From contig JAQGDQ010000179.1 of assembly GCA_030141605.1 (NCBI GenBank), forward strand, positions 62,001 through 126,000: DNA of 64,000 nucleotides, given 5' to 3'. Source of the DNA: Tubiluchus corallicola. Lineage: Eukaryota; Animalia; Priapulida. Of the stretch, positions 23,791 through 39,000 are shown in pieces. The notes under the pieces are model-generated. The model did not search any database and had not been told where the DNA came from. It saw nothing but the letters and a program-made list of their open reading frames with translations. Every line of letters begins with the position of its first letter. The first letter of the stretch is position 1. The translations under genes and the position numbers were made by a program.

Positions 23791-26700
23791 TGATTATTAT
23801 ATTTGTAAGCTTTTGTTTTGAAAGATTTTCTACTTGAGGTAATGCTATTATGTAATTTTTTGTTTTTGTGTGGACGCTGTGTAAATTTTCTATCACTAAA
23901 CGTTATGATTAAACGTGAAATTATTTGCTAGTTGTTATATTATTGCTGAACTCGATTATGTATGATACTATACATTATATTTATAATCATATAGATTTAT
24001 CTACTTGTTCAATCCAGTGAATATTACGTATTCATATAGATATCCGATTAATGACCTCTCCATGGATTTGGCAACCAGTATATAGGACAGTGTACAACAC
24101 AATTAAGGACTGCATCAGTGAACACAAACTTTGAAACAGTCAGTTAAGTGTTACATGTGCTGCATTTTGTAATGATCCAATCACAATAGGCAAGTTCAAT
24201 ATTACAGATAATGTCAAAAATAAATTTAAAATTAGATCAAAGAGAGAAACCACAAAAAATTAAAAAATATGGAGTGTTTAGATCCGTCATTTAATTTATT
24301 TACTTAAGGAATTTTATAGGAAGGACAAGTCACTTAGGATGTTGGGCTTATTTTCAATGGCAGCCCTGTGATAAAATATTGCGTGTGCTGCTTCAGAAAA
24401 TTTTTAGCCATTGTTTTAGTACTGTGTAAAACGAAACAAACATATGTAATTTTAATGTTGTAATTGTAATTTTAAACAAACAAACATACAAAAATTTATA
24501 CATAAACTTAATAAAATCCTTAGCAAAAAATGTTTGCTCACGAATAACCTAAATTGCTGCAGTTCAAGAATATGCCGGTACATGGTTTTTAAGCATGTGA
24601 CAACTGACAACAAGCTGTGTGAGTGACAGTACTTTCTCTACCTAGCAGCAGGCGCTAGCAATGCAGCGTACAGCATGTTATCTCAGACATGCACTTGGCC
24701 GCATGCGCATAACAGCCGAACACACACCACTGTGCTGGGCTGTGAAACAAATAGTACTACCCTCACGTGCTCTGATTCCGTACAAGTACAAAAAAAGAAC
24801 TTAAGAAAAAAGATTTATTATATTCAATATTATCTATGTATACTGAGTGAAAATAGGGTTTGCTGTAGTTCCGCATTACCTATACACTAGTCACCACTGA
24901 TTATTTTACTGTTATTACTTAACTTAAACTTGGAAAAACATAACAAAATAATTACAAAAAATTATCTATATACCATAAAGTTAATTTACACTACCGCTGC
25001 ATAGAAATTTTCAGGTGTGGTGGTTGCCGCCATTCACTTGTGATGTATCAGGTGGACTATTTGAAAATGGTAGTAAAACAGACAAATGTCGTTGGTATCA
25101 AGAAGTGACAGGGATTGCAAATAAATACAACACAGAATTTGTGAAAAATCATTGTGGAAAAGAGAAATCAAATTAAAAACTCAAATATATTTGCAGAATG
25201 AATTAAGAACAAGATGGGCCAAATTGATCAGATAGCAGACTGACGTTTTTGAAAAACGATAATAATTGGTGTTGCGAAGAACACGTTAAAAAATCTAATT
25301 TATTGGAAACAAGTCAAGTTATGCGTGACAATAAGGCTGAACATGACAAAGTATAGGGCAATTGCAAGAATTTTTGTAAAGATGATTTAATGTGTCGTTT
25401 GTGTGATTCAGTAGAATAATCAACTATGTTATAAACTTTTACCTCGCTACACCAGAACTTTCAACATTAATTTTATTACTTTTGAAAGCAAAGCTTGGGA
25501 AAAGTGCTGTCATACGTGAACACGAAAAATTGTAACAGGCAGGCACCCATACGATTAGATAGATAATGAGCTAGTGACGAATATATATTTTCGTTGAGGC
25601 ATTACAAACTTTTCTCTGGTTGTACCAGCACTTGTACAGGCAACCACACAAATACACAGACAGAAAGTAAACAACAATTATAAATCTTCACTGAAGATAT
25701 TAAGCCATTTTATTGGCTGTAGATAACTTTCTTCAAAACACAATTGTTTTAATCGTGTTCTGTTATTTTGATCTTAGTTCCTATTTATTTTTAAAGCCCT
25801 GTGTTTGAATTGGACAGTATAAATAAGCAGGTGCTGAAGTGAATTGAGGTGTTGGAAGGTTTCCTTCAGTAAGGCGAATCTCAAACATCAAAAACCAATT
25901 TCACTACTGTTTTTACGTTAAACATTGTATGTCGAATATCAAACCAACTTGAGACGGGTGAACACTAGTCAGTTTCAGAACTCAATTTTTGTAAGCGCAA
26001 AAAAGTAGACAAAATCAGAGATTGCAAAATAAACTGCTGGAAAACCGTAAATATATTTTGTCCACCTTTCTCCCATGTTCGTTTGTATTTTTGTATGTTT
26101 TATTGTTAAACGTAAATTTATGGAGAAAAATAAATTACTAATCTAAATCTAATCTGAATTTTGTACTTTCCTTTTAACTCCTTTATTTCTGGAGGTAAGT
26201 TTATGCTTAAGCCTTTATGATGTTTGCTGTATTTTTTGTGAGTGTTCATATTATTCTAATCAGAGGCGTGTGCTGTTATGCAACATTTCGCGGCATACTG
26301 GCTTAATTTCAAGCTGGTGGTAGATTTATTATAATGTGAAGATGCTGATCGAAATCAGATGCTGATTTGATGCGATAATTAAAGACCTTTATTCTTTTAT
26401 AGATAGCACTGACTGTTTAAACAAGCAGACACCAATACAGTGCCAACGTTTCGTCCGTGTTAGAATCCCGTGAATTCTTTTTCAGTTTTTGAGAAAAATT
26501 TCCATTGTTATAAGCTTTTCCTTTTGCATTGATTAGAGCATGTATGTGAACATTTTCTCGGTAGATTTTGATGTGAAGATGTTGGTAGCATACTCAGTCT
26601 CATTAAAGAAATATATGCATACGAGCTTTTGGATAGTGTTATAAGTAATGTCATCAAACTGGGCTTCATAAGTCTACTGCAGAAATTTTAATTTACACCA

Positions 26701-27297
26701 CATCACCTGTACTTATATCGTGCTGTATAACATAGCTACTCAGCGATTTTACAGCTATTATAAGCAGAAGAAAACTTGCAAATCTAGACTCGAAGAAAAC
26801 TCGACTACTGAATGGGTATTTCCAACAGTGTGACAATGTGAATGCTGCTGTTCGATTAGCAGGATAAAATTAAATTTGTGACGATTTATGAAACGTCTTG
26901 TATATCAAAAAAATTTTATATGTCTTACAATTATTATTATATTTCATTTTCAGTTGTTGTATCATGATGTAGCACTGATATATCGTCGAATTTGTCTGGA
27001 AAAGATTTCAATTAAATATAGATTATAGATGGATACATGAACGAATTAATGAATGACTCCTGGTTTTTAGAAACAAAGCAGATATATATGCATATGTATG
27101 TTATATATATATTCATACATCTATGTATCCGTCTATAATCGTTGTTTCATTGAAATCTTTTCCAGAGATTTTTTGGTTTCCAACTACATGCTTTAAGGCA
27201 TAGTTTTGTATTATTTTGTATTATTGTCAATGTCCATATTTATGCAAAATATCCCAATTCTTATACTATTACAGATGCACCACTGATAAAAGATATT

Positions 27298-30200
27298 ATG
27301 ACTAAGCCAGCACAAGTTGATATCGATAGAGGCTGGGCATGGATGATCCTACTTGCCTCTTTTCTAGTCAATGTCATATCTTTCGGAGTTTGCATGTCTT
27401 TTGGCATCTTCTTCGTCGAATTCTTGGAATTCTTTGGAGAGAGCAATGCTGCAACTGCCTGGATAGGTGCTATACACCTTGGCTTTATGTTTATGGCAGG
27501 TACTAGGTCACAGAAATTCATTCTGGTTTTGTTTTGCAATGCTGGTAATGATAATGTGTTTATTGTTCAACCTTTAGACATCGCATTAAATTTTGTGAAA
27601 ATTTCATATTAGAACTATTAAATGTGCATTGATTGTTATTCCTCCATACTTTTATGCTGTTACATTTTAGTTTGCTTTTTTTAATATACAAAACTGTTTC
27701 TTTACGGTAAGGTCTGTATTAAGTTGAAAACATACAAGTTTCTGTGAATTCCAAGCTAATTAAACCATGTTTTGAGCTAAGAAATTAACTGTCTTTAATT
27801 ACGTACGAATTACACTTCAACTATCGAAATGATTTGGATGCCATAACACCAGCAACTGGCAAAATCGTTGGTTTTACATGATACATATCTGTGACATGTT
27901 GTCATCCTACAAACAGTTGGTAGCCATCGACTAACTTTTATACAAGTACGATTACTTGACAAACTGATGCTTTACCACAGTAAAAGAGAATAAACAACAC
28001 TTCGGCACAATTTGCACAAATACCTGGACGTTTTTAAAACTTTTTTCACGAACTCGAGGAAATTGATATGTCATATTGGGTTTATGTTACTGCTATAAGT
28101 ACTACCACTATAATATACTTCCACTGTATGAAAATTTTCAGGCACAGTGTATGCTGCCATTTACTTGAAAACTGTAACATAACTGCATACTTTGAAAATT
28201 TTCGTAAGTGTGTCTGGCTTTTCATAAGCGCTCCCTAATTCAAATCTCTGCAGCTTATGACATACGCAGAAATATCGCAAATCTGGCTATATTCAATTTC
28301 TTATAAAAATTTGTTACACCATTCACATTGTGTTGCTTAAATTTGCTTTCTTTGCTTGGCTGCACCCTTAAGTGCTTCTTGGTCCAAGTGCACAAAGACT
28401 GCACATGCATCAGTAAGTCATTTCCTTTTCTAAAGAGGCCCACAGAAATGTGTTTAAACATCATTTGTGCAAAGAAATACATGAATGAAATTTTAAAATG
28501 CTATTTTTTATAACACAGGGCCATTTGCCAGTGCTCTTACCAGATCTTATGGATGTAGAATGGTTATAGTGACAGGTGGACTTTTTTCCGCAGCTGGATT
28601 TGTTGTCAGTTACTTTGCTACGAACATCTACATGTTATATTTTAGTTATGGATTCATAACAGGTATCTGTTTTTTGTCTGCTTGTCTTTGAAAGTCTTTG
28701 AGTACTTATGGCAATCTTTTATGCGTGCTTGCATGGAAAATGCAAGAAGAAAAATGATATGCACAACTGTTCCACTGATTCTGGCTGACAGTCCAGATTG
28801 CAACGATTATTATTGGAGCTGGTATTGTTTTACTTTCGTCAGCTGTTAGCCCAATTACATTCAGATTGAATACTATATTTGTAATTAGTGTTTTTCGAAT
28901 ATTAAGTCAATTATGTCATTGTAGTCACAAACTTCGAAACCCTATAATAAATCTGCTACTAGAAAGCTTTCATTTGGCAAGTTTCACTTGCATATAAATT
29001 TACAATAGTCTGCCACACTTGTTGCTGGCTAGTATTTGGTAAAATGGAAAAACACTACTGCCACAAGTATTTGTTCTGAATTTCTTAAGAACAAATGTGC
29101 AAGAGATAGAGAAAAGGGAGCAACTAAAAAGCCTGGCATCATTTGAATGTCTGTTTTCGCATATGCATGGTTATAACAATGAAAGAGTGGTCAGTACTGT
29201 GAAGTATTCGTATTTGTACAGGCACACATAAGAATGCGAAAAATAGAAGTTAATGGTAAATTGTATTCTGGAGAGGGAATATAGCAAAATATTTCTCAAC
29301 TTGAACAGTGGCCAGGCTAGTACTGTGGAATATTTGCAGGTAACGTGAGCAAATAAAATCACACCCTACGTCTGGTGTCAAAACTAGCCAAGTGTGTCAT
29401 GCATAAATTTCCGTTGCCTTGCTGTAATTCAGATAAAGTAATGTAAATAGTTACTAGTGGCTGAGCAAGCTTTACTTACTTTCACAAGTATTTAGCAAAT
29501 ACTAGAGATGGGTAATTCACTATTTATGTATGCTGTTGTCCTCGGGGCCAGCTCTACCAATACGCAAACAAGGCAGTTGCCCTATAGTGCAAAATTCGGA
29601 AAGTATTCTTTAATCTCTAAGTTCAGCTTTAGCATAAGTCATAATACAGTATGGTTATAATGCACAACACTTTTACTTAATGAAACAAATTGCTTGCATT
29701 ATTTTCCTGTCAAAATATATGATTCATCCACACTAACACTGAACCTTGTTTCCCCAGCAAAACACTATTCCTAAAATTATTTCATTGTAAGCTGACATTA
29801 TTTAGTACTGATGCCGTTCCCCCTCTTTTGCCCAGTTTATCTTGTAGGCCTATGCACAGAGCAGCAGAGAAAGTGACGACTCTTTATTTAATAAAAAAGT
29901 ATCTTACTACAGCTTTTATCTTAAATAAATCTATAACACATCGAGCAGCAAAACGATTAGATAAATGGCGTAGTTGCAACCTGACCAGTAGTATGACTGT
30001 GAATATGATGAAACTGGTGATATGGTGTATACGAAAAAGAGGACTTTGTGTTTTAAAATTTTCTCATGAAATGGCTGAGTGAAAATCTATACTTAATTAA
30101 CTACGGTTAGTTAATGCACTACAATACATGTATAAGTCTAACACACAGGTACCATTATACTTCATTACATACAAATAAAATTCAGTTTCCTCAGTGGTGT

Positions 30201-32914
30201 GCCCTGTGACTGTGGGGAATGTGTTGACAGTTAAGGATGGGGGCCAGGAGCGCTAAAATACATTTGCCTAGGACATCAGACTGCCAACAGCCAGCCTTGC
30301 TTGTTCTACTGTTTAAAATCGAACTGCTAAAATCAGTTTGGTTGCAGATTATATGTTAATGAAAAATAACAATGAGGTGCACATGTAAGTTAAGCAGGTC
30401 AATAAACCTTTACTAAAATAAAAGAGGTGAATTAAGGTGAATCTGATTTATGTTCAAGTACATACAAAAACTGTCAACCATCGTCTTAATATTTTTGCTT
30501 CATGTATTTAAAATAAGATGCTTTTGTGCTTTAACGAGCTTTTATTAATGTTTTTGTGTCATCTTCACTTCTCATTTGTGCACTATATAATGTACTTATA
30601 AACAATCCTGTGAGGTACAGTTTTGTTTGTAAGCAGGTTCGTTTATCACCAACTGATATGCTAGGTGCTAATACAGCGGCTTTGCTTTAAATCTGTCACC
30701 TGTTCGTCCGCTGCAGTTAACCTTGTTGTTTCTGGAGTTAAATTTAATCACCTGCCTAGCCTTGTGCTTTTGAAGCTCTCGCTCGCTGCTTTTCACGAGG
30801 GCACTACCAACTGCTTTTTATAGGAGAAACATTGTCATCGGCAACTATACTTCAAGCATGTCAAGCACTAGATGTTTTGAGTGAATGTGTACAGTATACT
30901 GCGACAGTTTTTCAATATTTTTATCAGTACGAACACTTCATAAATTATAAACCAACTTCTCTGTGAAAAAATGGAGACCGACCTTGCACGAAGTTTTGGT
31001 GTAAATAAACAGATTTGTGCGATTTCTTATTTTCTTTTTTAAAGTAATTCACTTACGTAAATTAGTATTCTAAAATAATTGAACATGGGAATTTTGACAT
31101 TAATTCGCTTCTAAAATTCATTTTAAGCCTTTACAGTGTATGCTGGGTTGATGAGTGATGACTCATACTTCTATACACTGTAGTAGTAATGCTACGTATG
31201 TTACATAACAGGTCCAGTTGGTTAACTGGGTCAAAATACTTTCTTCCCAATCTGTTAAATTGCACCTAAGTACTGCAATACGTGATTATAGAGATTCGTA
31301 GATCATGTTGGTTAAATTTATGATTAAACAGTCACTATTACTGATGGTACAAACTACAAACCTACATTTAATTAAATTTTGATACTACTTACAGCTCACT
31401 ATTTTTTCTGCATAGTCTGGTTTATGATTTGATGTTAATTTCTCTTTTATCAAAAGTGACACAACAGTATTTTATATTTACCACTCCAAGCATAGAATGT
31501 ACTGTGATTTTTTTTCAGGGACTGGTTTGGGTTTGTCATACACGCCATCTATAGTTGCTGTCGGCTTACATTTTGAAAAGCGACGTCATTTAGCGACAGC
31601 TTTAGCATTCGTGGGAGGCGGTGTAGGACCACTTCTATTTCCGGTTTTCTATCAGTACCTCATAGACTGGTATGGTTGGAGAGGAACAGTCTTAATGGCA
31701 GCTGGATTCTGTCTACAGATGTGTGTATGTGGTGCCCTCTACAGGCCCCTACCAATACATCATCAACAGAAAACTGTGTCCGGTCGTGCTGGTCTCAGGG
31801 ATCTGTTCAAAGTAGACTTACTTAAAGATGTTACATTTATCCTGTATCTTCTCAACTACTTCTCCTGGTCTTTTGGTGTATTTGTGTTCTTCGTACTGGT
31901 TAACGAGTTTACGATATCAGTAGGAATATCAAAAGAGAACAGTGCCTTACTTTTGCCTATTGTTGGTATAACCAATGCCGTTGGACGCTTATTTATTGCA
32001 TTGTTAGGAAAGTATCTCAGGTTGAGTAATCTCGTATTGTACAATATACTGTCAGCAGCACATGGTATTTTGGAACTTGTGTACATATGTGGAAAATCAT
32101 TTTCGTCCTTGCTAGGACTTGCCTTGTCTTTTGGGTTTGCATATGGGGCAAAACTGGCTTTGTTGGCAGTGGTGACAACAGAAATGTTTGGTGTGACTAA
32201 CCTAGTGAATGCCTACGGATACAGCATGTTTGCAGTTGGTGCTGGAGCTCTCGCTGGACCACCACTTGCAGGTAAATGCATAACAGGGTTATTGTTTTTG
32301 TTCACCACTTTCATTTCACATTTTTAGTCCCCTCAAAACTTTCAGTTTACTAGCTTGTTCATGAGAGCATTTTTATGTACAATTTATTAAGTAAAATGCT
32401 ATTCAAAAGCTAGCAAGATTTCAGAGCAATAATTTTGTGCAAATCACCATTAAACTCATAAGGAACATATTAGTAGATTCTGATCTACTTGAACAAAATC
32501 CGAGATGGTGAAGTAGAACAGGAGTGGAATATTGGTTGATTTCATATGTTGTGACCATATTTTAGACCAAGGAAGCTGAGTACTCTATATTTTTTAAAGA
32601 TTTATTTTTTATAAAAATGTACAGCATAAAGTGCATGACCACAAGTCAATCTTGTTGTGCAATACTTACAGTGGCTTCAATAATATTAGGCAAATGTCAT
32701 AATTCACAGTGTTAATTGTATATTTACAGGATTACTATGTGATATAACGAACAGTTTCGTTGCTGCGTTCATTGTTGGTGGCAGTGTTTCCTTGTTCGGA
32801 TGTGTACTTTTTCAGGCAGCTATTTTCATTCACAATCGCAACACAAGTACTCATGTAGAATTGGAAAAGCCTCAAGTTCTTCATGAATGTGATACAGAAA
32901 AAACCCTTCTGTGA
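27298..32914 (+). CDS. Monocarboxylate transporter (SLC16/MCT family, MFS), 427 aa
   Basis: Exons 27298-27499, 28519-28662, 31519-32271 and 32730-32914 (all introns phase 1; total 1284 nt). Motifs DRGWAWMI, GPFAS.L...YGCR, FEKRR.LATA, YGWRG, GR, LAGPPLAG.L.D.T. Confidence 0.93.
29543..30299. mobile_element. Old hAT-like MITE in an MCT intron
   Basis: Degenerate inverted termini CGGGGCCAGC / GCCAGCCTTG and an imperfect 8-bp TSD (GTTGTCCT / CTTGTTCT). Confidence 0.5.
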
Positions 32915-33984
32915 ATTTTGATAAATAGTTTGAGACCAGGTTCTTTATGAATGTGATGTAGAAAAACCCTTTCTGTGAGTTTTGATGAATAGTTTGTGAC
33001 CAACGTGTTTGACCTTGGAATGGCAGTAGCATGCTAGAGTGATTGTAATGAATGCAATGTCGGTGTATGCCATATAACCATGTTTGTGATAAGAAATGAA
33101 ATCTAAATTTTCAACATTATTGATTCAGATTTTGTGTACGCATTTTCGTTAGTGTTCTCAGATGCATTTCGTCATCAAAGCTTCGGCCTAAACATTTTAA
33201 CTGTCTGCTCTGGAAACCTCTGTGCAGCCTTTACAGTTGTAGAGCTTACAGACTGCAAGGTCTATCTATACACTTTTCTGTATGCAGAGATTATAAAATT
33301 TTGATCTGCACGGTGAATAATTATGTCTGCAAACTTATATCCTCATGTGTAAGAAATTAGTTCTAAAAGAGTTTCATCTATCCTAATCTCACCGTGTGAA
33401 AGAAAATTTTCATTCAAATCAGGATCTAAAAGCTTTCGACTTGAATCACGAACTTATTATGCTCAGTGCATAAGAAATTGTATTTAATGGAGCGTAAAAG
33501 GTTTCATCTTGCATCCTGTTCTTACTATTCTCAGTGTTTGAGAAATTTAACACTCAGAGTCGAAAATAAGGGTTTAAAAGGTTTTTAGATAGTGAAACAC
33601 GTCCACATTTATAAAAAATTTATAATGGATAATGCCAGTTTTTAAGTTTTTATATCTTTTATAGAAGACTAGGTTTTTTGTTTATTATTCAAAGTTCTAT
33701 GTATATTCACATTTAACACTTATATAATGTAATTATACAATTATTTTCTAGATTTTGTTATTTTTATAATACGACTGTAATATTGTCTTTATAAAGTAAA
33801 ATAATAGAAAGGTGCAGTAATTTTTCAGTTATATGCGGTGTGATAAGTCGACATTCTGTGTGGCCACCATCCTACAGGAATTAAAGTTTTTATGTGTCAC
33901 CATTAGTTACAAATCATTGTATCAGTTTTATTAGTGTATTATTTGAATGCTCCACCTGCTCTAGATTATTATATATTGTTACTA

Positions 33985-34459
33985 CAGTGGCCGCCGCTTA
34001 TTATGGAAACGGTTATTGTGGACAGCCGGTTATTGTGGACAACTCGCGAGGGACGGAATTTTCCCCTAATAAAATCCGCCGGTTAATATGGACAGCGAAC
34101 ATTCTTGGCACGTGACCAGCCGTGCCAACCACGGCCTGCGCGCGTGATTGAAAAGAGCTTCCCGCTCTGCTGCCTGTGTGAGTCATTGCATCAGTCAGTT
34201 CGCCGTTTGCCGTGGCCTTGAGAGCTTCGAAACTGTGATAACTTCCTTCCGTTCAAGCCTGAGAGAAAAGTTTCCTGCCAAACAAACTCGTCTGACTTCT
34301 TTTTTTCAATAAAACAGGAGACGAGTTGATACAGACAGTTTTTTGCCTTTTTTAATGAAGGGGAAGGGTCTTCATGGGTCACTTCGCTTAATATGGACAG
34401 CCGCTTAATATGGACATACACTGCTGGCCCGAGGTGTCCACAATAAGCGGCGGCCACTG
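33985..34459. mobile_element. Tc1/mariner (pogo/Tigger-type) MITE
   Basis: TIR CAGTGGCCGCCGCTTATT(A/G)TGGA at both ends, TA duplication on each side, internal copies of the TIR motif. Confidence 0.9.
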
Positions 34460-35018
34460 TAGTACATATCTACTTTGTTAGTTTTTTAGTTACAAGAAAC
34501 TATTGAAAGAAAATTCTTATTTTACTCTGCTAGCAATGAAACAGATATTTTTTTATCTTTTTTTATTTTTAGTTCAATAAAAGTTGGTGTAATTTCACTA
34601 TAAGCATGACTGTTCTTCCAGCTTAGTATGTATTCAGCCTAACAAAATTAAGAAAAAATTAAATATAACCGGTCTGAATTTACAACTAACTATAAATCAG
34701 TTTAAACTAATTGATTCTTAACTGAAAGCTTTAATGTCATCGATGTGGTTGTTTTTTCAATAATTTACACATGGTGACTAACTACTTTGAACAAAACTAT
34801 GATGGTAAAATCTTTGGGCTGCAGTATGTTCTAAATAACATGTTTAGCCATTTCATACTTGGTTTCTAGGCAGTGAATGTACAACTGACATTTTCGTGAA
34901 ACTTGGATTGCATTTCATAATATTTGGTCAATCATTATTCACCGAGTAGCTAAAACATTTGTGAAAATGGTGCAAAAAACAAATTAGTCATGTACTAGCA
35001 TAGCTGTGCAATGATTAT

Positions 35019-35140
35019 GGATTTAGCTCAAGGTAGCGTGCTGGGTTACAACCTGGGAGGTCGCGGGTTCAACTCCTGACCAAGTCATATCAGAGACTTA
35101 AAAATAGTACCACTGGTTCTTCAACCAAGCATTTGGGGTT
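35019..35140 (+). mobile_element. tRNA-derived SINE (degenerate)
   Basis: Pol III A box TAGCTCAAGGTAG and B box GGTTCAACTCC followed by a non-tRNA body (AGTCATATCAGAGACTTAAAAATAGTACC); no intact acceptor stem. Confidence 0.7.
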
Positions 35141-36024
35141 TATTTTTGGAAATAAGTATCAATTTACTTGAGGTGTTATCCCTGGACTATGTCCTAAACA
35201 ATTTTTTTATTATTATTGCAAACTTTTGCCTTTGGAAAACCTATGAATTAAACTGAAATTACATATATTGTATATTGTAAACTAAATTAACTAATTATAT
35301 ACTCCAGTATTCAATTACTGATAATCATGTACAATCAGACAAAATTGGTCCAAAATGGTTGCTTAAAATCTGAGCGAAATTGAATTCAAACCATTTTCTT
35401 CTGAAAGTCACCATTTTGCAAGATTAGTATCAAATATATTGAAACACAGAAACAATCTAAAAACATCAAGATGTACCTCAGATGTTGTGTACTTCAAGAT
35501 GTACACAGAAACATCAAGTATTAAACACACAACACACACACATGCGCTGGATGTAATACAAAATAACTACATTTTTATTGAGAATTTTCTTACTAACATT
35601 ACATAATTGAACCTCAAACAATCTTAACTACCTGTCATATTTACATCTGCACAACATGGTGCTTAACCGTTTCTCTAGTAAAAAGAAGAACAAAAAGAAA
35701 TGTAATACAGTATTGTTTCAAAAAATTGTAACTGCATCAACAGACTTGTTTGTAGTATAATCACACAAAAAAGTTTAATATGTGATCAGCTAAATCACCT
35801 AGAGATTAAACCGAATTGTACTAGTTTGCTTCTAGATGTATAGAAAGGTAATCATTTGCTTATAAAACAAACTAGTAAAATGCATAAAACAGAAATATAC
35901 AGCACAAACATTTTAAGCAAAGAACTCGTTGAAATTGCGTATTCAATGATAAAAGCAAACGAAAAATGCGACGGATAAATGTGTATAGCACAGTAAAACA
36001 TTACGTGGGAACGAGTTTCATTGT

Positions 36025-39000
36025 TCACCATGGTTTTCGTTCCACATCCAGAGATTTTGTTGCAGTTTTCTTGCTACTTGATGAACTATCTCCAGACTCT
36101 CTCTTTTTCTTCTCTCTTAGGGCATTTAGAAAATCCACCATGTCGGAAAGTTTCATGTTACCTTTCTTGATAGCTTCTTTTTCTGACTTAACATGTGATA
36201 ACGCATTCTTATTGTGCTCTTCATGTACATCTGGACTATCCCATTTTGAGCGACCAGGAAGTGTTATGTCTGTAGATGCAGGTGCTTCCTCCCACCTAGA
36301 TTTTTTTGCACTGGTGTCCCATTTTGATCTGCGTGGCTTTTCTCTTTCAGCTGGCAAAGGTATGTAATCACCAGAACCCAAAAATGTTGTACTTTGGCTC
36401 GTAGTGCTTTTTTGATCTGGTGTATTGCCCTGTTCAACATTTGCATTCTTTTTAGTTGCAGTTGCTACACTTTCTTTTACATTAGTATCTTTAACAAAGT
36501 TTTGTTGTTCAGGACTAGAAGCCCTTTTATCAGGGCTGATGGGATTGCTTTCACGGTGTACATCTTTATCTTCAACATGTTTTTTACTGCGGTCAAGTCT
36601 ATCTGGGCTATATTTTTCTTCATAACTCTGCAGCATATCGTTAGATTCATTTCGGATTTTAGCTCTATTTTCATTGGACTTCTTAACAGAATTTTCATCA
36701 TCTGAAGCATCTATGTTTCGTTCCTGATTTTTTTCTTTTTTATCAGAACTACCAATATGTTCACTGTCTGTACTTCTGCAGCTTTTTAACTGACCGTCTT
36801 GATTTTTTGACTTTTTATTTTCATATTTGCTATTTATGTCATATGTATCACTTTCTATGCTGCCCTCTCTACTGGAACTTTTGGCTTCCTTACCTTGGTT
36901 GTTGGGTTTACGTTTTTCAGCACTTTGCCCTCTATAATCACTGTTACTTCTTTCTCTGTGAGTATGCTTCTCAATATTATCTTTTTCAGTTTTTCTTCTG
37001 TTATCGTGAAAACTGCTTTCTCTGCTTCTGCTTCTACTATACACTTTACTAGCTCTAGAAGTTCTAGTTTGTTTATTGCTTTCTTTTTGAGCACTAGTAC
37101 TGCGTGCCCTACCTTGTCTTTGAAAACTAGAACTACGTTCTCTGCTTTTGCTTCCTCTTACTCTCTTGCTATCTTTCTCTTTCAGTTCATCCCTGCTTTC
37201 ATCATTGCTTTCAGCACTATTGCTTCGACCTCGTTTTCTTTCATAATAATATTTGTCTTTTGTGCTGTATGTGTCTTTACTTCTGTACCTGTACCCACTT
37301 TCACTGCGATATCTCCCGTAATGATCTCTCTCAGTACTTCGGCTGCGTGGTCTATATTTACTGCTATAATCATATCTTCTATCCCTATATGTCTTCCCAT
37401 AAGCACTGCTTAACCTGTCCCTACCACTATTTCTTCTGTCTTTGTTATCGCCTTTCCAATCCGTGTAACCTCTTCGGTAACTTTCTCTTTCCCTACTTTT
37501 TCTATCTCGGCTTCTATCCTGGCTTTTGTCTCTTTCTCGGCTTTTCCTATTTTTATTGTAACTTCTTACATCCCTTTCTTTATTTTTCAGACTTCTGTCA
37601 CTACTTCTATCTCTGTCATCAGAATTTTTACTACATCTGCTTTTACTTCTGTTGAATCTTCTACCACTCGTGCCTCTCTCATGGCTGTCTCTACTTGCAC
37701 TTCTATTTGGACTTTCACTTTGTCTGCTTTTTCTCCTTTGTGGAGTTTTACTTTTTCTGCTCCTGAATCTCTTTTGTTCAGATTTTCTAAGTTTCTCGGC
37801 ACTTTTAAAACTTTCATCTGAACTAGAGTAACGCTGGGATTGCTGATGGTGTCTGATTGACTTTTCTTCTAACTCACTCTCTCTTTTTGATTCAGTTGCC
37901 ATTTCTGATTTATGGTAGTCAGTATTTCTTTCCTTCCCATTTCTGATAGCTTCCATGAGTGTTTGCGATTTCAAGTCTCTTACTAAATCCTGCTGGCCAT
38001 TAACAACCTCCAAACGAGTTTTATTTATGGTTCTGGAACTCACAGTCCGCTCTATAGTTTCCTGCTCAGCTAGTTTTTGAGCTTTGCGTAATTCTTCACT
38101 TACTAACTCAGTAGGTACTTGTTTAACTGGTTCAAATGCAGCTACTTTCCAACCAGGGCGTACTTCTTTATGTGAAACTGATTCATGCACATCCTTAGCT
38201 TCTTGGCTAACATCAAGATGCAGGTTGGTTTTGCCTTTATCAGCTTTTAGTTCAGCTGATTTGGTGTCAGATTTGCTGCTTGGTAAAATAATTTGACGTG
38301 GCAATAACCGACCGCTGTCGGTAGAACTGCTTACTTTTTTAACAACTGGTTCAATTGTTTTTTTCTGGGTGATACCTGTATCCCACCTGGAATGACGCCG
38401 AGTTTTTTCTTCAGATGTTTGTAATATTTTTCCATCTTTGCAAGAATCATCTGACTGACCCTTCTGAAACTGTAAATAAACATCAGCAGGGGAGGAGGAT
38501 CTAGCATCCCTTTCGGCCTCTGCTGCTGTTGGACTGTACAGTTCGCTTCCTACACTTTCATGTGTTTCCTTGCCAGATATCTGTGGCAATTTCCCAAATT
38601 CTTTCTGGGGTATCACATTGTCGTCAACATTTAATTGTGAACTTTTGCGAAGCTGTTGGGAAAATGATTCCATTTCTCTTTCTATTTGTTCGCTTCTAGC
38701 AGTGATTGGGCTTCCTTGGTCTTCTAAAAAAGGAGAATTGTGTGCGTGCCCTTTCTCCAACTCTGGTGGAGTGTGTCCTTCCTCTTTAGAAGATTGTGAT
38801 CGCTTTTTATTCTTCTTTTCTGGTGATATATTAGTTCGCTTTTCATTTGAATAAGATTTCCGTCTTTTCTGTTTTCCTGAAATGTCTTCGTAATCTTTTT
38901 CCATTATGTCTGGTGAAATAGACCACTCATTACGTCTTTTTCTTTCTTTTGAATGTTTTTCAATTTTGGCCTTCCCTTTTATGGGAGACTGAGAGTCACC

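Noticed and set aside
35019-35092. tRNA gene
   Set aside because: A and B boxes are present but the stems do not close and a SINE-type body follows.
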